Shown piece after piece: positions 18,139 through 26,825 of a DNA stretch of 32,000 nt. The translations under genes were made by a program, and so were the position numbers. Numbering within the stretch: the first letter of the stretch is position 1; each line of letters opens with the position of its first letter. The notes under the pieces are model-generated. The model was not told the origin of the DNA, searched no databases, and worked only from the letters and a program-made list of their open reading frames with translations. The stretch spans positions 1,033,603 through 1,065,602 of the forward strand of contig NZ_JACOQK010000001.1 of assembly GCF_014297275.1 (NCBI RefSeq), read 5' to 3'. This DNA is from Clostridium facile. GTDB taxonomy: Bacteria > Bacillota > Clostridia > Oscillospirales > Ruminococcaceae.

Positions 18139-19170
18139 CTACTTCCACAAAAATACTGGGTATTCATCCAGCTCACCTCGGATATATCTGGCAAGCAGCA
18201 GGCTTTGGGCATAAGGGATTAGCCCCCATTCTATCTTTTCCTCCAAAAATGGATGCTTGATCACCTCTTTTTTCTTTTGCTGCCATGCCTTTATGATAGT
18301 ATTCCGACCAGAATCCGTCATCAACACAGCCCCATTTTCCTTTTGGATAAAATCAGTGGGCTTTACCATGTTCCGGTTCACCAATCCAATGACAAAACGG
18401 TCAACAAACGGGGCTCGCAGTTCTTCCATGAAATCCATTGCCAAGGAAGCCCGACCTGGCCGTTCGCAGTGGAGGAAACCTACGTAAGGGTCCAATCCGA
18501 CTGAGGATAGAGCGGAGGTACAATCATTGGCAAGAAGGGTATACAAAAAGGAAAGCATGGCATTCATATTGTCCAAGGGGGGACGGCGGTTCCGTTCACG
18601 AAAGAAAAAATCCTGCTTGTTCCGCAAAATCAACTGGTCGATCATCGAAAAGTACTGACTGGCAGCATTTCCCTCAATTCCCCTGATTTCGTCCAACGAG
18701 CTACTTTCCATTAACTGATTGATAGAACCCGCAAGGTTGGAACTGACCTTTTTCAATTCTTCTACATCTACCTGTAAGGGATGATCCCTGGTGGCACGCT
18801 CTAAAATCCATCTGCTGTTATGGAGTTTTCCCACAATCATATTCCTAGCGATCCTTACTGACTGGGTTTCGTCATCCGAAATCCGGTACTGCTGTTTGCG
18901 CAGCACCACATTGCCTTTCATTTCCCCGGCAACACTAGCTAAGAACCTGCCATGCTGGCTCATAAAACAGAGGGAAATATTGTGTTTGACACATGCTCCC
19001 ATCAAGGCGGGACTGGCACCGGTGTACCCAAATGTAACTATCCCCTCCAAGTTGTGCAGAGGAACTCTGGCAACCGTTTTCCCCTGTTCCAGTACCAGTA
19101 CGGTTTCCCCTTCCAACGCCAGATATCGCTCGGGGGAAACTACGTAAAGGGTGTTTAATAATTTTCTCAT
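18139..19170 (-). CDS. cas1: CRISPR-associated integrase Cas1 (type I-C)
   Basis: 343 aa MRKLLNTLYVVSPERYLALEGETVLVLEQGKTVARVPLHNLEGIVTFGYTGASPALMGACVKHNISLCFMSQHGRFLA... Confidence 0.98.
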   Translation of the reverse strand: MRKLLNTLYVVSPERYLALEGETVLVLEQGKTVARVPLHNLEGIVTFGYTGASPALMGACVKHNISLCFMSQHGRFLASVAGEMKGNVVLRKQQYRISDDETQSVRIARNMIVGKLHNSRWILERATRDHPLQVDVEELKKVSSNLAGSINQLMESSSLDEIRGIEGNAASQYFSMIDQLILRNKQDFFFRERNRRPPLDNMNAMLSFLYTLLANDCTSALSSVGLDPYVGFLHCERPGRASLAMDFMEELRAPFVDRFVIGLVNRNMVKPTDFIQKENGAVLMTDSGRNTIIKAWQQKKKEVIKHPFLEEKIEWGLIPYAQSLLLARYIRGELDEYPVFLWK

Positions 19171-19841
19171 GGCTCCTCCTCCCCGGTTTGCCTCCTGATA
19201 TAATCATGGACAGAAGGGCGTTTTAACAATTTTGGCAGGCAAATTTCCTTTAAGGAACAGGCGTTGCAGGCTTTTGTTCGTTTGACCATTGGCGTATGTC
19301 GCCGTTGAAACAAATCGTGCATCTGGGCGCATACATTCTCCAGTTTTTGACGAAACTCCTGGGTAATCTCCACCTTTTCCCGGTGCCGTGTGGCACCATA
19401 ATACAGATATCCATATGGGATATCGGTACACAGCATCTCTTCCAGGCAAACTGCTTGCGCCACAAGCTGGAGCCTGTCCGCATCGCTGATTTTGGGTTCC
19501 CCTTTTTTGTACTCCACCGGAACAACCCGGTAAAATCCTTCTTTTTGGAACAGGGAGATCCCTTCCTGCTGGGTGCAGCGGTGGAACTCCACTACATCGC
19601 AAATCCCGCTGATTCCTAATTTTGCGGAAAACACCCGCATCTCCCGGGAAATGAGCAGTTGTCCCCTGCTCTCCAAAGTTGGTCCCTCATGGGCTCTCTG
19701 GTGCAGAATGTTCCCCTCTATGGTTCGCAGGTTATCCGCCCACTGCTCTTCGATTTCAATCAACGCCCACTGCCGCTTGCAAAACACAAAGTGCTGTATC
19801 CCAGAGAGCATCAAGAAATCTTCCTCTTTATATTCCGTCAT
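19167..19841 (-). CDS. cas4: CRISPR-associated nuclease Cas4
   Basis: 224 aa: SGIQHFVFCKRQWALIEIEEQW...VVPVEYKKGEPK...C-terminal cysteines KACNACSLKEIC. Confidence 0.97.
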   Translation of the reverse strand: MTEYKEEDFLMLSGIQHFVFCKRQWALIEIEEQWADNLRTIEGNILHQRAHEGPTLESRGQLLISREMRVFSAKLGISGICDVVEFHRCTQQEGISLFQKEGFYRVVPVEYKKGEPKISDADRLQLVAQAVCLEEMLCTDIPYGYLYYGATRHREKVEITQEFRQKLENVCAQMHDLFQRRHTPMVKRTKACNACSLKEICLPKLLKRPSVHDYIRRQTGEEEP

Positions 19842-20691
19842 ATTCTTCTACTGTTAACCCTTCCAGCGGGGTGAGGGTAATCTGGTAGTCCTCTATGCTT
19901 TTTGGGGTAAGAACCCCTTCTTTTTTGGCAACGCAAAGGCTATCGTGAACCTTTTTGGTGGAATACTGGCCAATTTTGCAGTTGTGTTCCCACCAGTAGA
20001 GCTTATGAATCTCCATACTGCCTTCCGGACGTGCGGAGGAACTATCGTTGACAAAAAGGGTGCGGATAGCTTCTTTGATTTTTTCCGCGTCCTCCTGGGT
20101 AAATCCGGTTTTTTCTGCAAGCTGGACGTTGATGCTCCCTTTTAAGAGGTATACACCAAAATCAACCCGGTGCTTATCCCCCATGGTGTCTGATGCTTTC
20201 CCTCCTTTGGTATCCTCACTGTTGACGCTTTTGGTGATTTTGATAGTGGTGATATTGATTGGATCCACGCTAAATGCTGGATGGAGGGAAACCGGCCCCC
20301 TTATTCCGAGGGAAAGTTCTTCCCCCTTAAAAGCGAATACTTGTCCAAAGCTGCGTACATCCATCCACTCTTGGCAAGCGGCTTGATAGGCTACTTGCGC
20401 ATTGGCTTTTTTCCCTTTTTTCAGTTCTGTGCCAAAGGCGGGGTTTTTATCCGCCCGCTCTTTCAGGCTGTCATAACCATCCACATTTTTGTCATCGGAC
20501 TGGACAAAGATGGATTCCCCCATATCCATCAGGCGGTTTCTGATTTTCCGTTTGATGCAGACATCCGAAATCTCCCCAAACCCTTCATCAGTGATTCTTG
20601 GCATATTTCCGTTGAGGGGATCGCCGTTGCAGTTTGCGTTATTTACTGTAATAATTGCCTCAAAATCAATTTTATTTTGTAATACACCCAT
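19828..20691 (-). CDS. cas7: Type I-C Cascade subunit Cas7 (Csd2)
   Basis: 287 aa: IDFEAIITVNNANCNGDPLNGNMPRITDEGFGEISDVCIKRKIRNRLMDMG... Confidence 0.97.
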   Translation of the reverse strand: MGVLQNKIDFEAIITVNNANCNGDPLNGNMPRITDEGFGEISDVCIKRKIRNRLMDMGESIFVQSDDKNVDGYDSLKERADKNPAFGTELKKGKKANAQVAYQAACQEWMDVRSFGQVFAFKGEELSLGIRGPVSLHPAFSVDPINITTIKITKSVNSEDTKGGKASDTMGDKHRVDFGVYLLKGSINVQLAEKTGFTQEDAEKIKEAIRTLFVNDSSSARPEGSMEIHKLYWWEHNCKIGQYSTKKVHDSLCVAKKEGVLTPKSIEDYQITLTPLEGLTVEEYDGI

Positions 20692-20692
20692 T

Positions 20693-22651
20693 TTATTCTT
20701 CCTCCATCTTCTGTGATTTTTTTATTTGCCGTTCTTTGATAATTTGTATCCTTTGGCTGCAAAAACCAGATAAAAATGCCGCCCCCAAATTTCGTTTCTT
20801 TTTCAGTTCTTTCGTATCAATTCTACTGACCATTTCGTCTAATAAATCGCATAAATCGCAGAGTTTTATCCCCTTGGATTGCATAATGTAAACATTCACC
20901 TTATTGTAAAGTACTGTTAACGTGTCGTAAGGGCTCTGGCAAAACCGCGTAAGAAGCCTTCTCGCATTGGTAGGGCGAACTTCTTTATAAGATTCGTTGT
21001 CATCCGGCTTATTTTTTCCCCACAGCACCTGATTTTCAATAGCATCAGCAAGTGCCACAAATCTTCCGCAATTGTATTCAATATCATCAGTTTCTTTTAC
21101 ACAATTAAAAACACCATTTTCTCCCATAACAAATTCCTCCATTCTATAAATCAACGGATTGTCCTTATCGTAATCATATAAATAACGGTTATATAAGGCG
21201 CATGCCGCAAAAGCAACTTGTTCCCATAAGGACCCATAGCCATAGTTTTGTGGGAATTTCGCCTTGTTGACAGCAGCTTTTACAATATCCCGTGGAATTT
21301 TCGCCCCATCACAGATACAGGGCAGAATCCGCTGCACAGTATCTGCTAACAGCTTATTACTTCCCACTTCCAGATAGTTGCCCCTGCTCACCCCAAACGC
21401 CGCTTTTGCCAGATTCACTGGGGACGGCGCACCAAAATGGTATTCTTGTTTTTTTATCTCGTTGTAATAACGGATATTCCAGGCGCAGGTTTTGTGCCAT
21501 CGCTCTATGTTGTCAATCAGTTCGTTTCCTTGCAGTCCATTGTACTCTCGGTTGAAAACCACCGCCATCCTTCCGGTAGTAGCAGCATCCAACCCCAACA
21601 GCACCAGCTGGCTGTCCTTCCTGATTTCAGCGTGATAACCTGTAATCGCCATTTTAAACTGTTGGGCAAACTCCTGTTCAGTATTAATTTCCACACTCTG
21701 CTCCTCAAAGCAGAACTGGAATGTATCCGCCATGGGGTCGGGGAGTTCTTCCCCATCCACTCCCCACAGAACGAATACACGGTCACCAATTCTGGCAACT
21801 TGCTTCTGGTTCTGAATCAGCCATTTTAAGGCGTTATGGGCTTTTTGGGACGCCTCATAGGATATGGTATACGCTTGTTCCGCTGTTTCAAACCGTCCAC
21901 GGAAAGTAAAATTGGTGGTATCATTGGCAGAAATCAATTTTGCCTTATCACCGGAATTTCTGATTTTAGACGGATGGATGGTGCAGGCCCTTACATGATT
22001 TCCTGTGACATAACAGAGTTTTTTGCTGCCCTCCTGGCTCAAGTAGTAGTTTGTATATTGGTCTTGCAGTTTTCCATCCTGCCACAACGCGGGGACAGAA
22101 TCAATCCCAATCACCGAAAACCGTACAAAGGCATCGGATTGGTTGCCCACCGGCAGTTTTAAATTAGGCTGGTTTTCCCATTTCTTTGTCAACCTTCCGT
22201 TTTCATCCACCGAAAAAATACCCTGTTCCACCAAATCGTGAATCAATGTTTTCTGGTTCAGATACTGGTAAACCGCTTTGACCTTTGGGTTGCTGTACGA
22301 AGATTCACACCATGCTTGTAATTGTTCCATATACGCCTGATAGGCTTCGGCGTTATCCTCTTTGCAGAACCGGGGATAATCCCCCGCTATGTACTTTAGT
22401 TTATCGAATAAAGGATGGGGGCATGGTTTGGATGTCCGGTTGGCGGAATATTCAGTTACCGGTATCACCGTATCCGCTTGATCTTTTTCCACAGGGGTTG
22501 CAGAGATAAACTGCCCCTCCTTGCCCAGCTTGACATCCACATGCGCCTGTTGGGTGGAGAATCCCACCTTAAGCAGCCCTCTTTGGGTGAAATTAGCGGG
22601 GTCTTTTTCCAGCCTTTCATAGGTACGGTACAACGTCATCATGTAACTCAT
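20693..22651 (-). CDS. cas8c: Type I-C Cascade large subunit Cas8c (Csd1)
   Basis: 652 aa: MSYMMTLYRTYERLEKDPANF...VKAVYQYLNQKTLIHDLVEQGIF...FSVIGIDSVPALWQDGKLQDQYTNYY...LCYVTGNHVRACTIHPSKIRNSGDKAKLISANDTTNFTFRGRF. Confidence 0.97.
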   Translation of the reverse strand: MSYMMTLYRTYERLEKDPANFTQRGLLKVGFSTQQAHVDVKLGKEGQFISATPVEKDQADTVIPVTEYSANRTSKPCPHPLFDKLKYIAGDYPRFCKEDNAEAYQAYMEQLQAWCESSYSNPKVKAVYQYLNQKTLIHDLVEQGIFSVDENGRLTKKWENQPNLKLPVGNQSDAFVRFSVIGIDSVPALWQDGKLQDQYTNYYLSQEGSKKLCYVTGNHVRACTIHPSKIRNSGDKAKLISANDTTNFTFRGRFETAEQAYTISYEASQKAHNALKWLIQNQKQVARIGDRVFVLWGVDGEELPDPMADTFQFCFEEQSVEINTEQEFAQQFKMAITGYHAEIRKDSQLVLLGLDAATTGRMAVVFNREYNGLQGNELIDNIERWHKTCAWNIRYYNEIKKQEYHFGAPSPVNLAKAAFGVSRGNYLEVGSNKLLADTVQRILPCICDGAKIPRDIVKAAVNKAKFPQNYGYGSLWEQVAFAACALYNRYLYDYDKDNPLIYRMEEFVMGENGVFNCVKETDDIEYNCGRFVALADAIENQVLWGKNKPDDNESYKEVRPTNARRLLTRFCQSPYDTLTVLYNKVNVYIMQSKGIKLCDLCDLLDEMVSRIDTKELKKKRNLGAAFLSGFCSQRIQIIKERQIKKSQKMEEE

Positions 22652-23376
22652 TGGGCGCCACCCCCTTCCTGGTAACCCTCCAGAAGCCCAGGCTCCTGCA
22701 AACCGGAAAAGTTGGAAGAATCAAACCGTTTCGGTTTCATCTCCCTCACTGGAATCCGTTGGACACAATCCTCCTGTTTACAGTAGCGAATCACGCCCCG
22801 CTCCATTTTAGGATACCAGAACAACGCCTCCAATTGGTTGGTACCGTTCTGGTCAGGGTAAACAAACGAGTGGAACATCAGCCCAAAGTCCATCTGCTCC
22901 AAATCGCTGTAACAGCTCTGTTCCTCCCCTGTAACTGGTTCCACGTATGCCTGGCATTCCCGCGCCCCTAAAAAGACATCCCGCCTGCCTCCTTTTTCGA
23001 TGCAGCGTTTCGCAACCCAGTAGTGTTTATGCTCGTTCCAGTCCTGTTTTAAATCGGGACGATATAGGTTGAACTCAAAATGCGCCTTGACAATGTAGGA
23101 CACATTTGATAAGTACGTGTAATACGCCAAATCGTTGCCGCCGTAGTATTTGATGGGGCGAATGCCCTTCCGCTCGGTACGGATGGGGTTTAAAACCGTT
23201 GCTTCATCGATTATCCATAAAATAGACGGCTTCCAGTACACCGATGACACAATCCCTTTTAACGCCTCAGCAGTGGGAATCATCAAGGTGGATTTTTCCC
23301 CACCAATTTTGGTCATGGGGTCGGTGAATAAGGCGAATCTACCAGAAACCTTAAAAGTGACCTGATTTGGTTTCAT
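22648..23376 (-). CDS. cas5: Type I-C Cas5c (Csd5), predicted crRNA-processing subunit
   Basis: 242 aa: MKPNQVTFKVSGRFALFTDPMTKIGGEKSTLMIPTAEALKGIVSSVYWKPSILWIIDEATVLNPIRTERKG...; RBS AAAGGAGG. Confidence 0.96.
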   Translation of the reverse strand: MKPNQVTFKVSGRFALFTDPMTKIGGEKSTLMIPTAEALKGIVSSVYWKPSILWIIDEATVLNPIRTERKGIRPIKYYGGNDLAYYTYLSNVSYIVKAHFEFNLYRPDLKQDWNEHKHYWVAKRCIEKGGRRDVFLGARECQAYVEPVTGEEQSCYSDLEQMDFGLMFHSFVYPDQNGTNQLEALFWYPKMERGVIRYCKQEDCVQRIPVREMKPKRFDSSNFSGLQEPGLLEGYQEGGGAQ

Positions 23377-23393
23377 TGCTGTTCCTCCTTTCT

Positions 23394-23429
23394 AACTTTT
23401 CTTATACTATTTTTCACTTATTTTGTAAA
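23394..23429 (-). promoter_or_regulatory. Predicted sigma-A-type promoter of cas5-cas8c-cas7-cas4-cas1-cas2
   Basis: Minus strand TTTACA (-35, plus 23424-23429), 17-nt spacer, TATAAG (-10, plus 23401-23406); expected start site ~23394, followed by AAAGGAGG and the cas5 ATG. Confidence 0.85.
23400..23417 (+). promoter_or_regulatory. Protospacer-like site in the cas5 operon promoter matching the crRNA-like RNA
   Basis: TCTTATACTATTTTTCAC vs TCTTATACTATCTTTAAC at 23514-23531: 16/18 identities, first 11 contiguous, preceded by AACTTT (a TTC trinucleotide occupies 23399-23401). Confidence 0.8.
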
Positions 23430-23474
23430 GGGAAATTTTTCATAAAAAAACAGCTTTCTTCTTGTACATTTTTA

Positions 23475-23483
23475 TGGTATACT
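23475..23483 (+). promoter_or_regulatory. Extended -10 promoter of the crRNA-like RNA
   Basis: TGGTATACT (TGn + TATACT); -35 is weak (TTTCTT at 23455-23460 with 17-nt spacing). Expected start falls at about G23490, the first base of the repeat-like sequence. Confidence 0.7.
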
Positions 23484-23489
23484 AAAAGC

Positions 23490-23594
23490 GTCGCAATTTG
23501 CGTGGATTGAAAATCTTATACTATCTTTAACGAAAGAACTGCTTTGTAACAGGTGAGGACGCTATCCTTGTCTGTTGCAAAGCTTTTCTTTTTT
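23490..23594 (+). ncRNA. Predicted crRNA-like regulatory RNA (CreR/CreA-like): degenerate repeat + pseudo-spacer + intrinsic terminator, opposite to the cas genes
   Basis: 23490-23514 GTCGCAATTTGCGTGGATTGAAAAT keeps both repeat ends (GTCGC... and ...GCGTGGATTGAAA) but has a 4-bp hairpin (CGCA-ATT-TGCG) instead of 8 bp (CGCTGCCC-ACAC-GGGCAGCG); then ~27-nt spacer-like segment; then terminator. Confidence 0.8.
23541..23594 (+). terminator. Strong intrinsic terminator of the crRNA-like RNA
   Basis: Arms GCTTTGTAACAG (23541-23552) / CTGTTGCAAAGC (23572-23583), continuing inward through three wobble pairs and AGGA/TCCT to loop CGCTA, followed by TTTTCTTTTTT just before the cas3 stop codon. Confidence 0.85.
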
Positions 23595-23597
23595 CTC

Positions 23598-25946
23598 TTA
23601 AAACAGCGCCAGATCATCTTTCAGGGTTACCCCCAGGCAAGCGTCATAATGGAGGGACCCCATCAGGTATGCCCCTGTCACCTGATTTTGGGTGATATCA
23701 TTCTGTAACGTCTGGAACTGGTATCGGTACAGATTGACCGAATATTTCCGCAATTGGGAAAGTAATCTTTTCTTTTCCTCCATAGGTGAAAACTCGTTAA
23801 GCTGCTCCAGTTTTTCTATGAGTTGTAACCCCTCCCCATAAGGGACAATCACTGGGATGGTATCGTTTCCAATCACCTCAAAGGGTTGCGCTGCCGATTG
23901 GAATTTTACTGTAGTAAATAATGGGCTTTTTCTGATTTTATTTTGTAGTAATTCATAAATGGATACAGATCCATTCAAAGGGTAGGAAAACTGTTTGGAA
24001 ATCCGCTCATCCTGATAATAAAGCTGAAAAAACTCCTTAATAGAGGATGGAGATAAACCGTCTGAGGTCATCCGCAGCACGCTATCCGCATGGTCGATTC
24101 CAATTGGATATTCCGGCATGTTATTGTAAGAGCCTTCCTGCAATTTTACCGCATAGCAATAACCCAGTTCCTGTTCCCCATTACGGTTGACCCTACCCGC
24201 TGTCTGGGCAACCGAATCCAGACGGGTTAAGCTGCGGACCGCTGCTTCAAAGCTGATATCCACCCCAGCTTCAATGAGCGAAGTGCTGACGCAGATTAAG
24301 TCCTCCCCATCTTTTAGCGCCTGCTTTAGTTCCTTCAACACCTTGCCTCTATGTGCCTGACACAAGCGGGTACTCAAATAAAACAGATTTATCCCTTCCA
24401 GTTCGGGAGATTGGCACAGCATTTCCCAAACAGCAGCTGCGGTATCCACCTTATTCACCACTGCCAATAGGCTTTTTACCTCGCGTTTTCTCTCCAAGAG
24501 GAACTGCTGAAATTGTTCCAAGTCATATTTCTTTGGCTTATAGACCACCTGTACTCGCTTGAGCTGCTCAAAATTGCGGCTGACATTCTTCACAATTTCA
24601 GCATCTTCCGATTCTTTTATCATGGGATGCCCCAGAAGATTCGTATAAGGCTGGGTAGCAGTACAAAGTACTAGGGTAGAATTCCCTACCTGGCGCAGAA
24701 AATTGGCTGCGCTTGTGAACAAATCCATACATTTGGCAGGAAGGGTTTGGATTTCATCAAAAATAATGGTGGCATTCATCAGATGGTGGAGACGGCGCAT
24801 GTCCTGAGTACCTCGATGGTAGAAGGTGTTTAAAAACTGCACCATAGTCGTAAAAATGATATCGCTCTCCCAACGTTCGGTAAGCAGTTTATAATCCTCC
24901 TGCTGGTTATCCTCCAACAGGTTGGAATGGTGCTCCAGCAAATCGCACTGGTAGCCCAGAGCTTTCCGAATTTGTTCAGCGTTTTGCTCGATGATTGAAG
25001 TATATGGAATGACATAGACAATCCGCTGTTTTTGATTTAGCCGGTTATGGTTCAGGGCAAACCGCATACTGGAAAGGGTTTTCCCTCCCCCTGTTGGAAC
25101 AGTAAGACGGTAGATACCCGTCCCTCTATTGGACGCAAGAAAACATTCATCCGAGATTGCTTGCCGAATCCGGTTTACCTGCTCTGTTTTGGGTTCCGCA
25201 GATGATTTCTGGCTGAGTTGGGACAGATAAACCTCAAACCTACCTTGGTATTCCTCCCATGCTGGGAATTGCTGTTCCCGTTCTATTACAGGGGAGATCC
25301 CCCTGTTTTCCTCAAAGCACATGCTGTCCATCCGGTCGGCGTCAATCAGTATGCTGTAGATGGTTTTGATCAGCAGGTGGTAACAGAACACCCCATCTTT
25401 CATTTTTGTAACCCCTTCGATAATAGGAACCAGTTCTTCTAACGCTTGGTGGAACAGTTTGGTAAGATCTTCTTGGATTTCCTGGGAAAACCGTTGGTAT
25501 GCCTGTTCTATCCTGTGTTGGTCTAGTTTTTCGAACCGCTCCAAAAGAGGGGATTGATTACAGACATCCACACAATCTTTTAATCCGCCATGGTGGTAGC
25601 AGCACGCCATGGCGATGATTTCCACGATGGCGCCACGCCGGCTTTTTCCCGGATAAAAGGTTTGGAAAAAATATTTTGCCCCATATACCCCATGGTCAAA
25701 ATCGGATTTCCGTTTCTGGGAAAGGTACTGCTTTGGGTTTTGCACTGCCCGCTGCCGTTCCCCTTCGATAAAATCCTGGAACTGCTGGTCGTATTTGCCC
25801 ATATCATGGAGCAAACCCGCCAGGCGCATGGTTTGAGAAAGGTTTAATTTTGCCCCGAATGATTCTGACAGACTGGCAACCCCTAAAATATGCTCCCGTA
25901 ACGGCTGCTGTTTTCCATCCTGTAGCCGGAACCTTGCCTGATACAT
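23598..25946 (-). CDS. cas3: CRISPR-associated helicase-nuclease Cas3 (N-terminal HD + DExD/H helicase)
   Basis: 782 aa: LAGLLHDMGKYDQQFQDF (HD), YRLTVPTGGGKTLSSMRFAL (Walker A), IIFDEIQTL (Walker B), TSLIEAGVDISFEAAVR, QTAGRVNRNGE. Confidence 0.98.
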   Translation of the reverse strand: MYQARFRLQDGKQQPLREHILGVASLSESFGAKLNLSQTMRLAGLLHDMGKYDQQFQDFIEGERQRAVQNPKQYLSQKRKSDFDHGVYGAKYFFQTFYPGKSRRGAIVEIIAMACCYHHGGLKDCVDVCNQSPLLERFEKLDQHRIEQAYQRFSQEIQEDLTKLFHQALEELVPIIEGVTKMKDGVFCYHLLIKTIYSILIDADRMDSMCFEENRGISPVIEREQQFPAWEEYQGRFEVYLSQLSQKSSAEPKTEQVNRIRQAISDECFLASNRGTGIYRLTVPTGGGKTLSSMRFALNHNRLNQKQRIVYVIPYTSIIEQNAEQIRKALGYQCDLLEHHSNLLEDNQQEDYKLLTERWESDIIFTTMVQFLNTFYHRGTQDMRRLHHLMNATIIFDEIQTLPAKCMDLFTSAANFLRQVGNSTLVLCTATQPYTNLLGHPMIKESEDAEIVKNVSRNFEQLKRVQVVYKPKKYDLEQFQQFLLERKREVKSLLAVVNKVDTAAAVWEMLCQSPELEGINLFYLSTRLCQAHRGKVLKELKQALKDGEDLICVSTSLIEAGVDISFEAAVRSLTRLDSVAQTAGRVNRNGEQELGYCYAVKLQEGSYNNMPEYPIGIDHADSVLRMTSDGLSPSSIKEFFQLYYQDERISKQFSYPLNGSVSIYELLQNKIRKSPLFTTVKFQSAAQPFEVIGNDTIPVIVPYGEGLQLIEKLEQLNEFSPMEEKKRLLSQLRKYSVNLYRYQFQTLQNDITQNQVTGAYLMGSLHYDACLGVTLKDDLALF

Positions 25947-26319
25947 CTTAAAATTCTCCTTTACCGAATTGACTTATTGTAAATGTTAGATATTGTTTCC
26001 ATTATAACACAATTTTATGAATTTTTCTGTCTAAACAAGGGGATTATCGTCTATTTTTGGAATTTTTTATTTTATTCCCGATCATAAGGGAAATAGATCC
26101 AATGTCCCTACCAAAAAAGTAATCAAAATAAAAAATATGGACCAACCTATGAATTCAGTCTTTTTATGTTGACTGTTTGTATACAATCCTTTAGAAAATT
26201 CCATTTGACAAACTGTAAAATTGATATTTTGACCCGTTTTTAAATTATTTTTTAGTTTTTTAATCAATTTGTTATAATTATATCGTTTAATATTTTTTGT
26301 ATTTGGAGGGAAAATCGCT

Positions 26320-26718
26320 ATGCGAAAAGCAATACGAGAATTTTTGATTTATGACGCCTTTGTTGCGGTTACTATGATTGCAAGATATTTTGTAGTGAAT
26401 GATATTGAGTGGGGATATTTTTGGCTTTGCGTGGTCTATTTTCCAACTGTTTTTTTGTTTCAACCAGTTTTTGGGTTACTACTGGGATACCGGGCAATAA
26501 AAAAATATAATATCCCCTGCTTGCGGTTTTTAGCGTTAAGCCTGCTGTTCTTTCTGATCAACGGTTTTACATTTTCTATTCTATCCATAGGAAGTGCGTA
26601 CACATATGGATTTATAGATACTTTTTGGAACACCGGTTTGATATATGCGTGCATATTCATTGCGTTTTACTGGTTGTCCTATTTTATTACAAAATTTTAT
26701 TTGAAGTTTTATTTTTAA
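26320..26718 (+). CDS. Hypothetical polytopic membrane protein, 132 aa
   Basis: Good RBS (TTGGAGGGAAAA) and four hydrophobic segments; followed by a terminator. Confidence 0.7.
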   Translation: MRKAIREFLIYDAFVAVTMIARYFVVNDIEWGYFWLCVVYFPTVFLFQPVFGLLLGYRAIKKYNIPCLRFLALSLLFFLINGFTFSILSIGSAYTYGFIDTFWNTGLIYACIFIAFYWLSYFITKFYLKFYF

Positions 26719-26794
26719 AAACTACCACATTAAACTGCGAAATGGACTTATCCAAAAACTTCTACCATTTATTAATATAATAAAAATACGCAAT

Positions 26795-26825
26795 AGAACC
26801 CTCTACCAAAAAAGTAGAGGGTTCT
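26795..26825. terminator. Intrinsic terminator
   Basis: 12-bp perfect arms AGAACCCTCTAC / GTAGAGGGTTCT, 7-nt loop. Confidence 0.8.

Noticed and set aside
23377-23597. A small toxin ORF (CreT-like) in the cas3/cas5 gap
   Set aside because: No short ORF with a convincing RBS was seen; the guide match falls on the cas operon promoter itself.
23598-23600. Possibility that the repeat-like element at 23490 is a second, independent CRISPR array
   Set aside because: Only one repeat-like copy exists, with a shortened hairpin, and it is followed by a terminator and not by another repeat.
20048-25847. Plus-strand ORFs within the cas genes (for example 21437..21829, 25590..25847)
   Set aside because: Antisense to confidently identified cas8c, cas7 and cas3 frames.
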